Shown here piece after piece: positions 1 through 8,668 of a DNA stretch of 29,731 nt. The DNA lies in IMG/VR virus record IMGVR_UViG_2908572912_000004; one strand, written 5' to 3'. The DNA comes from a virus (taxonomy: Duplodnaviria > Heunggongvirae > Uroviricota > Caudoviricetes). The notes beneath the pieces were generated by a model. The model ran no database searches. It was not told the DNA's origin and worked only from the letters and a program-made list of their open reading frames with translations. The stretch's first letter is position 1. Every line of letters begins with the position of its first letter. The position numbers and the translations under genes are program-made.

Positions 1-19
1 CTATTTGATAAATATTAAA

Positions 20-1315
20 TTAATTTTTCATTGCTTCGTTATGGGGCATGGTTGGGGCAAACTCGCTTAACTGTGTATTTAACAAAGCTACCTGTGCATT
101 ATTGTTTTCAGACATCCATTTTCCGTATACCTGAAATACCATTTGCGCATCTGCATGGCCCATCTGGTTTGCTATAAATGCCGGGTTAGCACCAGCTGTC
201 AGCGACCAGCAGGCATAAGTATGTCTCGACTGATATGATTTTCGATGGCGGAGTCCGGCACGTTTTATCGCTGCGTCCCACATCTGCCTTATTGAGTCAA
301 CGGTAAAATGGTCACCATAATTTTTTACTCTCGCTGACACTTCAGGTTGAAAAACAAAGGTGCATTTTTGTTTTTCTGTTCTGCCATACTCTCTGAGGTG
401 AACATCAATGATATGCTCTTTGCTCAGTCTCGTTAATGTCATCTGACTCCGGAGAGCGTCGATTGCTGGCTTAATAAGATGAATGACCCGATTGGTTCCC
501 GCCTGTGTTTTTGGTACCGTGAAACGGTCTTTTGCTAAATTTCTCCTGATCATCATTGTTCCATTTTTCAGATCTATGTCCTCCCATCCAAGTGCACACA
601 GCTCACCAGGGCGAACGCCAGTATAAACAGAAACACACCATAAATTTTTTGCTTGCTGATTTCTGCACGCATCGATAAGACGGATAAATTCCTCCCGCGC
701 AAGAGGATCCGGAATGGTTCTTGATTCCTTTAATGGCGAGATCCCCTTAAACGGATTATCTGCCAGGTAACCGTTATCAACACCAAACTGGAACACGGCG
801 TTAAGATTTGTCATGTAATTATTTACAGTTACAGCCGATCTCCCTGGTTGTGTAACAATATAGTTACTTTTGGGGATCTGGTATCCAGTCAGTAGCTCTT
901 TACGAACCTCCAGTAATTTTTCTTTATTAATCGATGAGGCAAGATTTTTTTCACCGATTATGCTCAGGATATTTTTGATGACGGCACGGTATGTGTTGAG
1001 TGATGTTTTGGCGACTTCAGTTTCTTTCAGTGCCAGAAATTTTTCAGCCAGTTCTTTTATGGTTAAATCTTGTCGGGCCTCACCAAATTTTTCCAGATTG
1101 CGTGAGGAGGGAAACTGTTTTGCATAGTCGAAAACACCAGTTTTTATTGCGTAACAAACAGAGGAGCGTAGTTCACCTGCAACGCGCCTGTTTTTTGCTG
1201 TGTCAGGAACCCCCAGATTTTCCCTGACTCTTACGCCTTTATAAACAAACCAGATACGTAATTTCCCTCCATGGTTTTCCACGCCTGTCGGATATTTCAT
1301 TTCAACTTCTCTCAT
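20..1315 (-). CDS. Phage tyrosine integrase (site-specific recombinase)
   Basis: 431-aa ORF; C-terminal catalytic region with HxxR-like and terminal Tyr-containing segment (RHTYACW). Start may instead be the Met at 1300 (MKYPTG), which has a weak SD. Confidence 0.85.
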   Translation of the reverse strand: MREVEMKYPTGVENHGGKLRIWFVYKGVRVRENLGVPDTAKNRRVAGELRSSVCYAIKTGVFDYAKQFPSSRNLEKFGEARQDLTIKELAEKFLALKETEVAKTSLNTYRAVIKNILSIIGEKNLASSINKEKLLEVRKELLTGYQIPKSNYIVTQPGRSAVTVNNYMTNLNAVFQFGVDNGYLADNPFKGISPLKESRTIPDPLAREEFIRLIDACRNQQAKNLWCVSVYTGVRPGELCALGWEDIDLKNGTMMIRRNLAKDRFTVPKTQAGTNRVIHLIKPAIDALRSQMTLTRLSKEHIIDVHLREYGRTEKQKCTFVFQPEVSARVKNYGDHFTVDSIRQMWDAAIKRAGLRHRKSYQSRHTYACWSLTAGANPAFIANQMGHADAQMVFQVYGKWMSENNNAQVALLNTQLSEFAPTMPHNEAMKN

Positions 1316-1334
1316 TAGTTAGTGTGGCTTTTAG

Positions 1335-1586
1335 TCAAGTAAGATGACGTCTTGGTCTCGCTGATGCCTGGCGCTCAATCCAGCGATCAATTTCTTCCAG
1401 GTTGTAAAAGCATGGACTGTTATCCCATGGCATACCGTCATGAGCGACATGCTTATATTCCCTTCCTTCCATAAACGATTTTTCCCGGGCCTTTTTTAAC
1501 GTACCTTTTTTTATTCCTTTCAGCGCAATTAACTGCTCTTCGGATACCCATTTGCCGGGAGAGACAATCATGATTACTTCGCTCAT
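1335..1586 (-). CDS. Excisionase-like (Xis) DNA-binding protein
   Basis: 83-aa ORF immediately upstream of int on the same strand; contains a GREY segment resembling the lambda Xis winged-helix core. Assignment by position and motif only. Confidence 0.6.
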   Translation of the reverse strand: MSEVIMIVSPGKWVSEEQLIALKGIKKGTLKKAREKSFMEGREYKHVAHDGMPWDNSPCFYNLEEIDRWIERQASARPRRHLT

Positions 1587-1658
1587 CGATTTCTTTATCT
1601 CTTACATCAGACGAGCGCCGGTTGCAGAATACCAGTCACAACCGGCGACAGTTGAACA

Positions 1659-4130
1659 TTAAGAATCAGCCTGACTCGGGATCAGTTTTTGCCAGATAAC
1701 TGAAACGTATTTTGCCTGGTAACGGGCGTCATCAAGTGCATTATGGCGCTCACCTTCGAATGGAATAGCCGTTCTGGCATCGAAGTCTATGGCTTTCCCC
1801 AGCTCAACGATTGTGCGTACATCGCGATCGTTGTAGTAACGCCACGGGCAGGGGATCCCCTGCCGTTCGTATGAACGGCGCAAAATCGTGTTGTCGAAGT
1901 TGGCTCCATTTCCCCAAACCTGAACAAAAAATTCACCGGAGTTTTCGTCGATAAATTCCCGCAATTGTAACAGTGCATCATCTAACGGGATTTCATCGGT
2001 CATAATGGCAGATTGCGCTTCGCGTGATTGCTTAAGCCACCATTTAATGGTGTCCCGATCAATGACTCCGCCAGCAGTTTCCAGATCGATAGTCTTACTA
2101 AATTCCGGTCCCATATCTCCGGTTTGCGGATCGAAAAATATTGCACCTATTGAGATGATCGGGGCATCAGGATTTTTTCCCATGGTTTCAAGGTCGATCA
2201 TTAGATGGTCACACGTCCTGCTGGTGGATGTGATTTCGTGATGACCGTTCACCTTAATTGGGTGATCTGCCGTCTCGCCAGTTTCATTATCGCTATTGTG
2301 ATGCTGATTGCCGCCAGTGTTCTCCTTGTGTGGATGTTCAGCGCCTTCCATTTCCTCCGGATCATCTTCCTGAACTTCAACCTGATACTCTTCATCGAAT
2401 GTTTCTTGGTATGTTGCGTCGCCCATCACCGCGCCACAATCAGGGCAGTTGCCGCCGCCGGTCTGACCGCAGGCGGTGCAGGCTTTTTCCACTTCCTGTT
2501 GCGCCACTGGTTCAGGCTGTTTCGTTTCTGGCTCGTTTTGTAACGCATTTGGACTGTTTTGTTCCGCTTTTTGGTAGTTCCGTTCCGATTCATGCTGGTT
2601 CTGGTTCACAGAATCGCGGGTCTGGATCCCCTTAACCCATTTCGGATCATTCGGGTCACTAATCCCTTCAACAAATTCACCACGTGATGCAGCAAGCAAC
2701 TTATCGGCGTCAGGCTGGCTGATATTGGCTGCCTGCATAATTTTGTTTACTTCGTCAGCGGTAACTTTTATCGGCTCTGGTTGTTCTGAATCTTCAGCGG
2801 TATCTACATTTTGCGGTAAGCCCGTGTATGTGCCATTTTTTCGGGCAAAATATTCTTCTTTTGTGATTTCAGTGGCGCCAGCAGCCAGTGCCTTATCCAG
2901 ACCAGAAAGTTTGTTTGCGCGACCGTATTTTTCTCCGTCCTTATCTGCGAAGAGGAAATAGAACGGCCCCTCACGCTCTACAGATGGTTCAGCTTCCGGC
3001 GCGGTTTCATTTTTTGGGATATCAGATACCTCAGTTTCCACTGCATCAGTTTGTGTTTCTGATGACTGGAGAACATCAACAGTGCCCAGGTCTGTTTCTT
3101 CATTCTCAAACACGCCCTTTGTCGTCAGGTATTCGCAGATATATTTGTTCAGTGCTACGGGATCTTTGTGAATGTCGATCGGACGCTCACGGACAAGGCC
3201 AAAAATAGTTTGGCGGTCGTAGCGAAGGGCATCAGGCTGTTTGCGCATTGATGCCGAGATACGCTTCCAGTCTTCGCGGTCGTTGTCGATAACTTCTTTT
3301 TTTGCCCAGCGATGGATGCTGCCGTCAATGTTTCCGGCATCCACATCACCAGGCCAGAGAGCGTAGGCCAGTTCGTCATCCAGTGTTTTCCATGTCTGCT
3401 TGTATTCGCGATGAATGGCAGCAATGACCGGGCTGATTTTTCCTGTTGAATTTTCAGTGTACTGTTGATTGGCTCTGGCGCGGGCGAGATCAACAACAGA
3501 CGTGTATTTTCCGGTTTCCTTGCGTTCACCTTCGCGACGTTTTTTCCAGATGCGCATCTCTGCCTGAATTTCGGGCCATTTAGCACCAGGAATACATTTA
3601 TGCTTAACCCACCCAATGGCGTGCAACTTAAGCTCCGGATACATGGCGTTAACTTCTGGCATTTTCATCAACGCTTCAACGATATGTCCGTCGAATGTTG
3701 CCATGTCTTCCTGCAACAATTCCTGTGCGCTAATAACCATATCAACGGTGATGTTTTCACATGTGTCGAACTTAACCATGACAGCGTTCTGTACTTCAGG
3801 GGCCAGCTTGTCAAAAGTGACGTTCATCGGATCGGATTCAGTCTCAACCGGGACAAAAGAAGCAGACTCCTCATCCCAGCGGTTTTCCTGCATATATTCA
3901 GCATCCCATGAATCGAGGGCAGGGCGGGGTATGCCAGGTTTATCCTCGCAGACAATAAATTTATAAGCGCAGTCCTGAGCAGCCGGATAATGTTCCAGGA
4001 ACTGCCAGTGAAATTTTGCTCGAGCACGGCGTTCGTCGCCAGCTTCAATGGCTGTGGCTACAGCCACAGCGCCTTCTTCCCTTGTTGCCAGTTCGTCAGG
4101 AATAGCGGCGCAAATAAAGACTTTACTCAT
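1659..4130 (-). CDS. Large prophage exonuclease: RecE-like N-terminal/central region with a C-terminal DnaQ-like DEDDh 3'-5' exonuclease domain
   Basis: 823-aa ORF. C-terminal ~180 aa carries three DEDDh motifs (MIDLETMG; VWGNGANFDNTIL; HNALDDARYQAKY). Central CxxC...CxxC (CTACGQ...CPDCG) and acidic low-complexity linker. KLLAASRGEFVEGISDPNDPKWVKGIQTRD resembles a segment I recall from RecE (Exo VIII). Confidence 0.75.
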   Translation of the reverse strand: MSKVFICAAIPDELATREEGAVAVATAIEAGDERRARAKFHWQFLEHYPAAQDCAYKFIVCEDKPGIPRPALDSWDAEYMQENRWDEESASFVPVETESDPMNVTFDKLAPEVQNAVMVKFDTCENITVDMVISAQELLQEDMATFDGHIVEALMKMPEVNAMYPELKLHAIGWVKHKCIPGAKWPEIQAEMRIWKKRREGERKETGKYTSVVDLARARANQQYTENSTGKISPVIAAIHREYKQTWKTLDDELAYALWPGDVDAGNIDGSIHRWAKKEVIDNDREDWKRISASMRKQPDALRYDRQTIFGLVRERPIDIHKDPVALNKYICEYLTTKGVFENEETDLGTVDVLQSSETQTDAVETEVSDIPKNETAPEAEPSVEREGPFYFLFADKDGEKYGRANKLSGLDKALAAGATEITKEEYFARKNGTYTGLPQNVDTAEDSEQPEPIKVTADEVNKIMQAANISQPDADKLLAASRGEFVEGISDPNDPKWVKGIQTRDSVNQNQHESERNYQKAEQNSPNALQNEPETKQPEPVAQQEVEKACTACGQTGGGNCPDCGAVMGDATYQETFDEEYQVEVQEDDPEEMEGAEHPHKENTGGNQHHNSDNETGETADHPIKVNGHHEITSTSRTCDHLMIDLETMGKNPDAPIISIGAIFFDPQTGDMGPEFSKTIDLETAGGVIDRDTIKWWLKQSREAQSAIMTDEIPLDDALLQLREFIDENSGEFFVQVWGNGANFDNTILRRSYERQGIPCPWRYYNDRDVRTIVELGKAIDFDARTAIPFEGERHNALDDARYQAKYVSVIWQKLIPSQADS

Positions 4131-4223
4131 TTTGTTTTAACCTCATGACAGATTTAAGGATGAACAAATCCCTGCCATTGCTGGCATATAAGAATGAAAC
4201 CGGATATTTATTACGGAACTGTT

Positions 4224-4415
4224 TTAAAGACCTGCCGGGATTTCGATATTATCCTGGTGAATAACTTTATCGACCGGGTAACAGTTACCGGGAATTTTCT
4301 GTTCGGTTGCTGCAGTCATACACTCCTGCATTGTCCTGTGAACACTGACTGCAATATCAACTGGCACTCCGGAAACAAGAAAAACTGTCAGAACAAGCGC
4401 AAATGCTGAATTCAT
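4224..4415 (-). CDS. ydfD: YdfD-like small membrane/lysis protein (63 aa)
   Basis: Internal Met start (MNSAFALVLTVFLVSG...) gives 63 aa with an N-terminal hydrophobic segment; ATGA overlap with the dicB stop; position downstream of dicB as in Qin. Confidence 0.75.
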   Translation of the reverse strand: MNSAFALVLTVFLVSGVPVDIAVSVHRTMQECMTAATEQKIPGNCYPVDKVIHQDNIEIPAGL

Positions 4416-4600
4416 TGTGCACATCCTTTTGGCATCAGACGTAAACGAGCCAGCATTGAAACAATGCATATTTTATTTAATAGCTCCCGTTCTTGTTTTC
4501 TCTTGTTAATGGCATCTTCAGTAAATACAGGGTTACTGATAGTGACACCAATTTCAAAACAACCTTCAGACGTATTAACGTTTGGTAATAACGTTTTCAT
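4412..4600 (-). CDS. dicB: Cell division inhibitor DicB (62 aa)
   Basis: Internal Met start gives MKTLLPNVNTSEGCFEIGVTISNPVFTEDAINKRKQERELLNKICIVSMLARLRLMPKGCAQ, which I recognise as DicB; lies directly downstream of DicF. Confidence 0.85.
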   Translation of the reverse strand: MKTLLPNVNTSEGCFEIGVTISNPVFTEDAINKRKQERELLNKICIVSMLARLRLMPKGCAQ

Positions 4601-4774
4601 TATCGCGTCCTCAACAATGAATTTTGTGATGCAGTGCCTGGTGCCTCCAGGTGACGTTAACCAGTTAACAATTAACGTCGGATACAGAGAATCCACCCAT
4701 AACACTGTTTTTGGTTTTAACTGTTCCGCGTGCGCTTAGCCGTATTCACCGCATCACAAAATTCACTTTAAAAA

Positions 4775-4827
4775 GGGCGGCAGAGCAGTCACGGAGTAAA
4801 ACTGATACCGCCAAACGTCACCAGAAA
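4775..4827 (-). ncRNA. dicF: DicF small regulatory RNA (ftsZ-targeting antisense sRNA)
   Basis: Reverse complement of 4775-4827 reads TTTCTGGTGACGTTTGGCGGTATCAGTTTTACTCCGTGACTGCTCTGCCGCCC, identical to the 53-nt DicF sequence as I recall it; followed by a U-run (to 4770) forming an intrinsic terminator. Confidence 0.9.
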
Positions 4828-5086
4828 ATTGATAACAGAGGGCGTTGCAGCGGGGTTGTCACTTAAGCGTATGGTCAACCTGACAACCCGGTGTCCTCAA
4901 CGGGGAAGGAATAACCCCGCCATACTTACCGCCGCGCCATTTTGCGGGTTGCCACAACCGGAAGCGCACGGTCGAATTAAATTTAACGACACCGTACAGT
5001 GAGACGAACTTCGCCGTGCGCTTTCGTGTTGTGTGCCTGCTTTTAACCACGTCAGGCGAGGTGGTATCCTTAAAATCACCACAGTT

Positions 5087-5662
5087 TTAAGGATTCATTA
5101 AGCAATGTCGCAACCACCAATAAATCCGCTTAAGAACATGAAAATTGATTACTGGTATAAAGCTCTTACAGTTGTTGGCGCTGCGTTGTTTGTCTTTAAT
5201 GGAACGTCTTTTTTTGACAGATATCCCGTTGTTCCATTGGGTTTTTTGTCCTCCGGCATCTTTTTTATTGGTTTGGGGGAGTGGATTAATCACCCTCTCA
5301 TAGTGAGATTTATTGGTCCTGGAGTTTGGACTCGTGGATATAATCGTTCTTCGTGCGCACTCGGTATCATCTTCGACATACTTGGTTGTTTCCTGATTGT
5401 TACAGGAGTCGTCAAGTTCTTCTGATGTAAAACCGCAAATGGGGCACGTAACGGGAATTTTGAAAAGCGTTTCTCCGGGTTCCAGAACAAAATTTTCTGC
5501 GGTCTGATTTTGCTTCTCATATTTGTGCTCCGCGTCATTGTGAGAGCACATTCTTATTCTGAGTGCCTGTTTAAACTCACTGAAGCTGAGAGCTTCTTCG
5601 CCTTCGGCAAGGCCTTCGAAGTATTCTTCGTAAGCCTTTTCCATGATTGTGTCGAAATCCAT
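5087..5662 (-). CDS. Hypothetical acidic protein with CxxC motif (early-left operon, ydfB/ydfC position)
   Basis: Start at the MDFDTIMEKAYEEYFEG Met with SD AGGTGA 5 nt upstream, 1 nt after the ydfA-like stop. N-terminal ~95 aa looks protein-like; C-terminal half is K/N/Q/R-rich and fully overlaps an antisense membrane-like ORF (5105..5425), so the true extent is uncertain. Confidence 0.45.
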   Translation of the reverse strand: MDFDTIMEKAYEEYFEGLAEGEEALSFSEFKQALRIRMCSHNDAEHKYEKQNQTAENFVLEPGETLFKIPVTCPICGFTSEELDDSCNNQETTKYVEDDTECARRTIISTSPNSRTNKSHYERVINPLPQTNKKDAGGQKTQWNNGISVKKRRSIKDKQRSANNCKSFIPVINFHVLKRIYWWLRHCLMNP

Positions 5663-5663
5663 A

Positions 5664-5819
5664 TCACTCACCTGAGTTTCTTTCCAGCCAGCGACGGGCA
5701 CCATTTTCGGTTTTAAACGTTTTGCTTTTGGTATACGTCATCGCGGTGAACGTGCCGTCCTGGTTGGGGAACACGCCACATACCAGAGATTCGCTGTTGC
5801 CAAGATCGATAGTATCCAT
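5664..5819 (-). CDS. ydfA: YdfA-like small protein (51 aa)
   Basis: Internal Met start MDTIDLGNSESLVCGVFPNQDGTFTAMTYTKSKTFKTENGARRWLERNSGE (51 aa) with SD GAGG; directly downstream of the dicA-like repressor as in Qin. Confidence 0.7.
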   Translation of the reverse strand: MDTIDLGNSESLVCGVFPNQDGTFTAMTYTKSKTFKTENGARRWLERNSGE

Positions 5820-6011
5820 GCTGACCTCATTTCCCCTTAACGCCGGGGTAGCGGAACTGTTTGCTGAGAACACCGTGCGGTGTCTTGATGGAGGTAATTT
5901 AGTTTTCTCATTATTTTTCGTCAAGGTTTTTTGATGAGAAAACTCAAGTGTTGGCGCAAGATAAAGCCAATACATTGAAATGTAAGGCTTTAAAATTTTG
6001 TGAAGGGATGA

Positions 6012-6419
6012 TTATTGATGCTTGTTGCGTTTGCGAGCCTCTAATAGCTCGGTGAACAGGCGATTAAAATTCTCAACGCGGGCGCGGAGTTCGCTGAGTT
6101 GTGCTTGTTGCTCTGATTTAGGAAGTGCGCGATACAAACGCAGCATCTCTAACTCATCTTCCGATAAGTCTAAGGCACTATCGAGTGAAACAGGGGGAGC
6201 TGGTGTTTTGTCCTCGTCGCCAAACAGTATCCAAGTTGGTGAACATTGCAATACCTCGGCGAGGCGATGCAAATTTTGCCCGCGCGGGGCTGTATGGTCA
6301 CTTTCCCATAATGAAATTGATGAGCCAGATACGCCAGCAGCTTTGCTTAAACCGTTTTGACTTAAGCCTACCTGCTTACGTCTTTCTCTAATGCGTTGAC
6401 CTAAAGTTTTCTCGTTCAT
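6012..6419 (-). CDS. dicA: DicA-like HTH (XRE-family) prophage repressor, 135 aa
   Basis: Start at MNEKTLGQRIRERR...; N-terminal HTH; contains VLQCSPTWILFGDEDK, which I recall from DicA; divergent to a cro/DicC-like gene. Confidence 0.8.
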   Translation of the reverse strand: MNEKTLGQRIRERRKQVGLSQNGLSKAAGVSGSSISLWESDHTAPRGQNLHRLAEVLQCSPTWILFGDEDKTPAPPVSLDSALDLSEDELEMLRLYRALPKSEQQAQLSELRARVENFNRLFTELLEARKRNKHQ

Positions 6420-6496
6420 ATTTAGATATCTTAATAACCCTTGACTTGAGATTCCTTGAGTGATTAACATTGAGAAAACTCAATATTGGAGGTGCG
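6420..6496. promoter_or_regulatory. Divergent dicA/dicC control region (promoters and operators)
   Basis: 77-bp intergenic region between divergent repressor genes; TTGACT -35-like hexamer near 6441; repeats CCTTGACTTGAG / CCTTGAGTGATT; perfect palindrome TTGAGaaaaCTCAA at about 6471-6484. Operator assignment is inference. Confidence 0.5.
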
Positions 6497-6724
6497 ATGT
6501 TTAAATCAGACGTAATTAATTTTTACGGTACGAAAGCCAAAGTAGCGAAAGCTGCTGGCGTTGACCCATCTGCTGTTTCTCAATGGCAAGAGCTGGTTCC
6601 TGAAGGTCGCGCGATGCGTCTACAGGAGGCATCTGGCGGCGAGCTTCTGTATGATCCCAAGGTTTATGACGAATATCGTAAGACGAAGCGGGCGGGGCGG
6701 TTGAACAATGAAAATCACTCCTGA
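6497..6724 (+). CDS. dicC: DicC-like / Cro-like small regulator (75 aa)
   Basis: ATG at 6497 preceded by SD GGAGG (spacing 5); the track ORF begins at an upstream TTG. C-terminal ...LQEASGGELLYDPKVYDEYRKTKRAGRLNNENHS; divergent from the repressor. Confidence 0.7.
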   Translation: MFKSDVINFYGTKAKVAKAAGVDPSAVSQWQELVPEGRAMRLQEASGGELLYDPKVYDEYRKTKRAGRLNNENHS

Positions 6725-7229
6725 ACAGGCTCGTGAGGCTCTGGATGCCTGGATATGTCGACCAGGAATGACACAGGAGCAGGCGACGATATTAATCACT
6801 GAAGCATTCTGGGCTTTGAAAGAGCGCCCGAACATCGATGTTCAGCGTGTCACAGATGAAGGTGGCGCGGTTGATCAGCGAGCACTTGGCGTTAATCGAG
6901 TGAAGATATTCGAACGCTGGAAGGCTATCGACACCAGGGATAAGCGTGAAAAGTTCACGGCGCTAGTGCCTGCAATTATGGAGGCTATTCGGATTAATGA
7001 TTTCAGGTTGTATCGTGAAATTAGTGACGGAAAAAGCATCACGTACATGATCGCCGGGTTAAACAAAGAATATGGCGATGTGGTGGAGTCCGGACTGCTT
7101 TTTGCTGATCCTGCCGTAGTGGATCGTGAAACTGACGAACTTATAGAAAAAGCAATTGCTTTCAAACTTGCGTATCGACAGCAATACCAACAAAAAGCTG
7201 GATGGAATTATGAGCCTTCTTTTTGCTGA
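6708..7229 (+). CDS. Hypothetical early-region protein (cII position; possibly YdaT-like)
   Basis: 173-aa ORF overlapping the end of dicC-like and the start of the replication gene (operon-like coupling). Family assignment uncertain. Confidence 0.55.
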   Translation: MKITPEQAREALDAWICRPGMTQEQATILITEAFWALKERPNIDVQRVTDEGGAVDQRALGVNRVKIFERWKAIDTRDKREKFTALVPAIMEAIRINDFRLYREISDGKSITYMIAGLNKEYGDVVESGLLFADPAVVDRETDELIEKAIAFKLAYRQQYQQKAGWNYEPSFC

Positions 7230-8175
7230 ACGCCCACTGGTTATAAACACACAGCTTGCGATGAAGATTGGCTTAAATGAAGCCATTGTGTTGCAGCAGT
7301 TGCATTACTGGTTGAGAGATACCAATTCCGGCATGGAATGTGATGGTGTTCGCTGGATTTACAACACAACGGAACAATGGCTGGAACAGTTCCCATTCTG
7401 GTCAGAGTCAACGTTAAAGCGCGCGTTTGCAAGTCTGAAAACGCTGGGGCTTTTGCGTTGTGAAAAGCTCAATAAATCAAAGCGCGATATGACCAATTTC
7501 TACACGATCAACTACGGGAGCGAGCTTTTAGATGGTGGCAAATTGAGCGAATCCATCGGTTTAAAATGCGCCGCTCCATCAGGTCAAAATGACACGATGG
7601 AAGAGGTCAAAATGAAACGCTCCATTGGTTCAAAACGACCCAATGTCATCGGGTCAAAATGGCCTGATGATCTTACAGAGAATACAACAGAGATTACTAC
7701 AGAGAATAAAAACACTTTTCGTCCGGAAGCTTCGCAACCGGACCCGCAGACCGCTGAACAGGATTTTTTAACCCGGAACCCCGACGCGGTTGTGTTTAGT
7801 GCGAAAAAACGCCAGTGGGGTAGCAGGGAGGATTTGGCGTGTGCGCAGTGGATTTGGGGGCGGATCGTGAACCTTTACGAACAGGCTGCCAGCGACGATG
7901 GAGAGATCATGCGACCAAAAGAGCCTAACTGGACAGCCTGGGCCAATGACGTGCGCACAATGCGGATGCTGGATGGCAGAAGCCACAGACAAATTTGCGA
8001 AATGTTTGGTCGGGTACAGCGAGATCAATTCTGGGTAAAAAACATCATGAGCCCGTCAAAACTCCGCGAAAAATGGGACGAACTGGTCATCCGCCTGGGA
8101 CGTTCACCTGTAAAGCGTTGTGTGAATCATATTTCTGAACCGGATACAGAAATTCCGCCTGGTTTCAGGGGATAA
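7210..8175 (+). CDS. Phage replication initiation / replisome-organizer protein (O-like)
   Basis: Start at MSLLFAERPLV (ATG 7210); N-terminal region resembles phage replisome-organizer HTH domains (LQQLHYWL...); acidic/Thr-rich linker; position after cro/cII-like genes. Confidence 0.6.
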   Translation: MSLLFAERPLVINTQLAMKIGLNEAIVLQQLHYWLRDTNSGMECDGVRWIYNTTEQWLEQFPFWSESTLKRAFASLKTLGLLRCEKLNKSKRDMTNFYTINYGSELLDGGKLSESIGLKCAAPSGQNDTMEEVKMKRSIGSKRPNVIGSKWPDDLTENTTEITTENKNTFRPEASQPDPQTAEQDFLTRNPDAVVFSAKKRQWGSREDLACAQWIWGRIVNLYEQAASDDGEIMRPKEPNWTAWANDVRTMRMLDGRSHRQICEMFGRVQRDQFWVKNIMSPSKLREKWDELVIRLGRSPVKRCVNHISEPDTEIPPGFRG

Positions 8176-8215
8176 GTGTTGATTTTAGGGTATAAAGTAA
8201 TGTTCAGGAGGACTT

Positions 8216-8635
8216 GTGGCAAAAGTTTTTACACAAGAAGAGCGGGAAAAAATTAAAGGGCAGGTGGTGGAACTCGTACGCCAGAGTGGGCGCGAGACGT
8301 TACGACAACTGGAAGCTAAAACTGGGGCAACAAGATATCTGATGAGCGTTCTGGCCAGAGAGCTGGTTGCCAGTGGCGATGTATACAGCTCTGGTTACGG
8401 GTTATTCCCGTCTGAACAGGCGCGTAAGGACTGGCAAAACGCCCGCAAAAAACTCTCGAGGGCAAAGGTGAAGAAACCTGCTGTGGTTGATCCGGACCTT
8501 ATCTGGTCATTACCTGACGGAGAAATACGTCGCTACGACAGTCGTCTAAACATAATCTGTCGCGAGTGCCGGAAGGCAAGGAGAAGCAGGCTATTGTTAA
8601 CATCAAGCTGTAATGTCCCCTTTGAACCATTCTAA
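8216..8635 (+). CDS. Hypothetical protein (139 aa, GTG start, strong SD)
   Basis: GTG start 4 nt after AGGAGG; C-terminal CxxC (ICRECRK); followed within 6 nt by a terminator-like hairpin. May be intact or C-terminally altered by the adjacent transposase element. Confidence 0.45.
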   Translation: MAKVFTQEEREKIKGQVVELVRQSGRETLRQLEAKTGATRYLMSVLARELVASGDVYSSGYGLFPSEQARKDWQNARKKLSRAKVKKPAVVDPDLIWSLPDGEIRRYDSRLNIICRECRKARRSRLLLTSSCNVPFEPF

Positions 8636-8640
8636 AATGT

Positions 8641-8667
8641 CCCCAGACAATTCTCTGGGGGATTTTT
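8641..8667 (+). terminator. Intrinsic terminator-like hairpin immediately upstream of the transposase start
   Basis: CCCCAGA-caattc-TCTGGGG stem-loop followed by GATTTTT; the 3' arm contains the GGGGGA Shine-Dalgarno-like sequence of the transposase gene. Confidence 0.5.
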
Positions 8668-8668
8668 C

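Noticed and set aside
870-1227. Plus-strand ORFs 870..1127 and 1000..1227 inside the integrase gene
   Set aside because: Entirely antisense to a well-supported integrase CDS; no SD; low-complexity products. Shadow ORFs.
2005-3966. Series of plus-strand ORFs (78-153 aa) across the exonuclease gene
   Set aside because: All lie antisense within the 823-aa CDS, whose DEDDh motifs and length make it the real gene; products are Cys/Arg/Ser-rich junk typical of GC-rich antisense frames.
4859-5082. Two overlapping minus-strand small ORFs upstream of DicF (candidates for ydfB/ydfC)
   Set aside because: No SD, non-ATG start for one, mutually overlapping in different frames, Arg/Pro/Gly-rich products; region more likely the untranslated DicF precursor. 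Kept out of the feature list.
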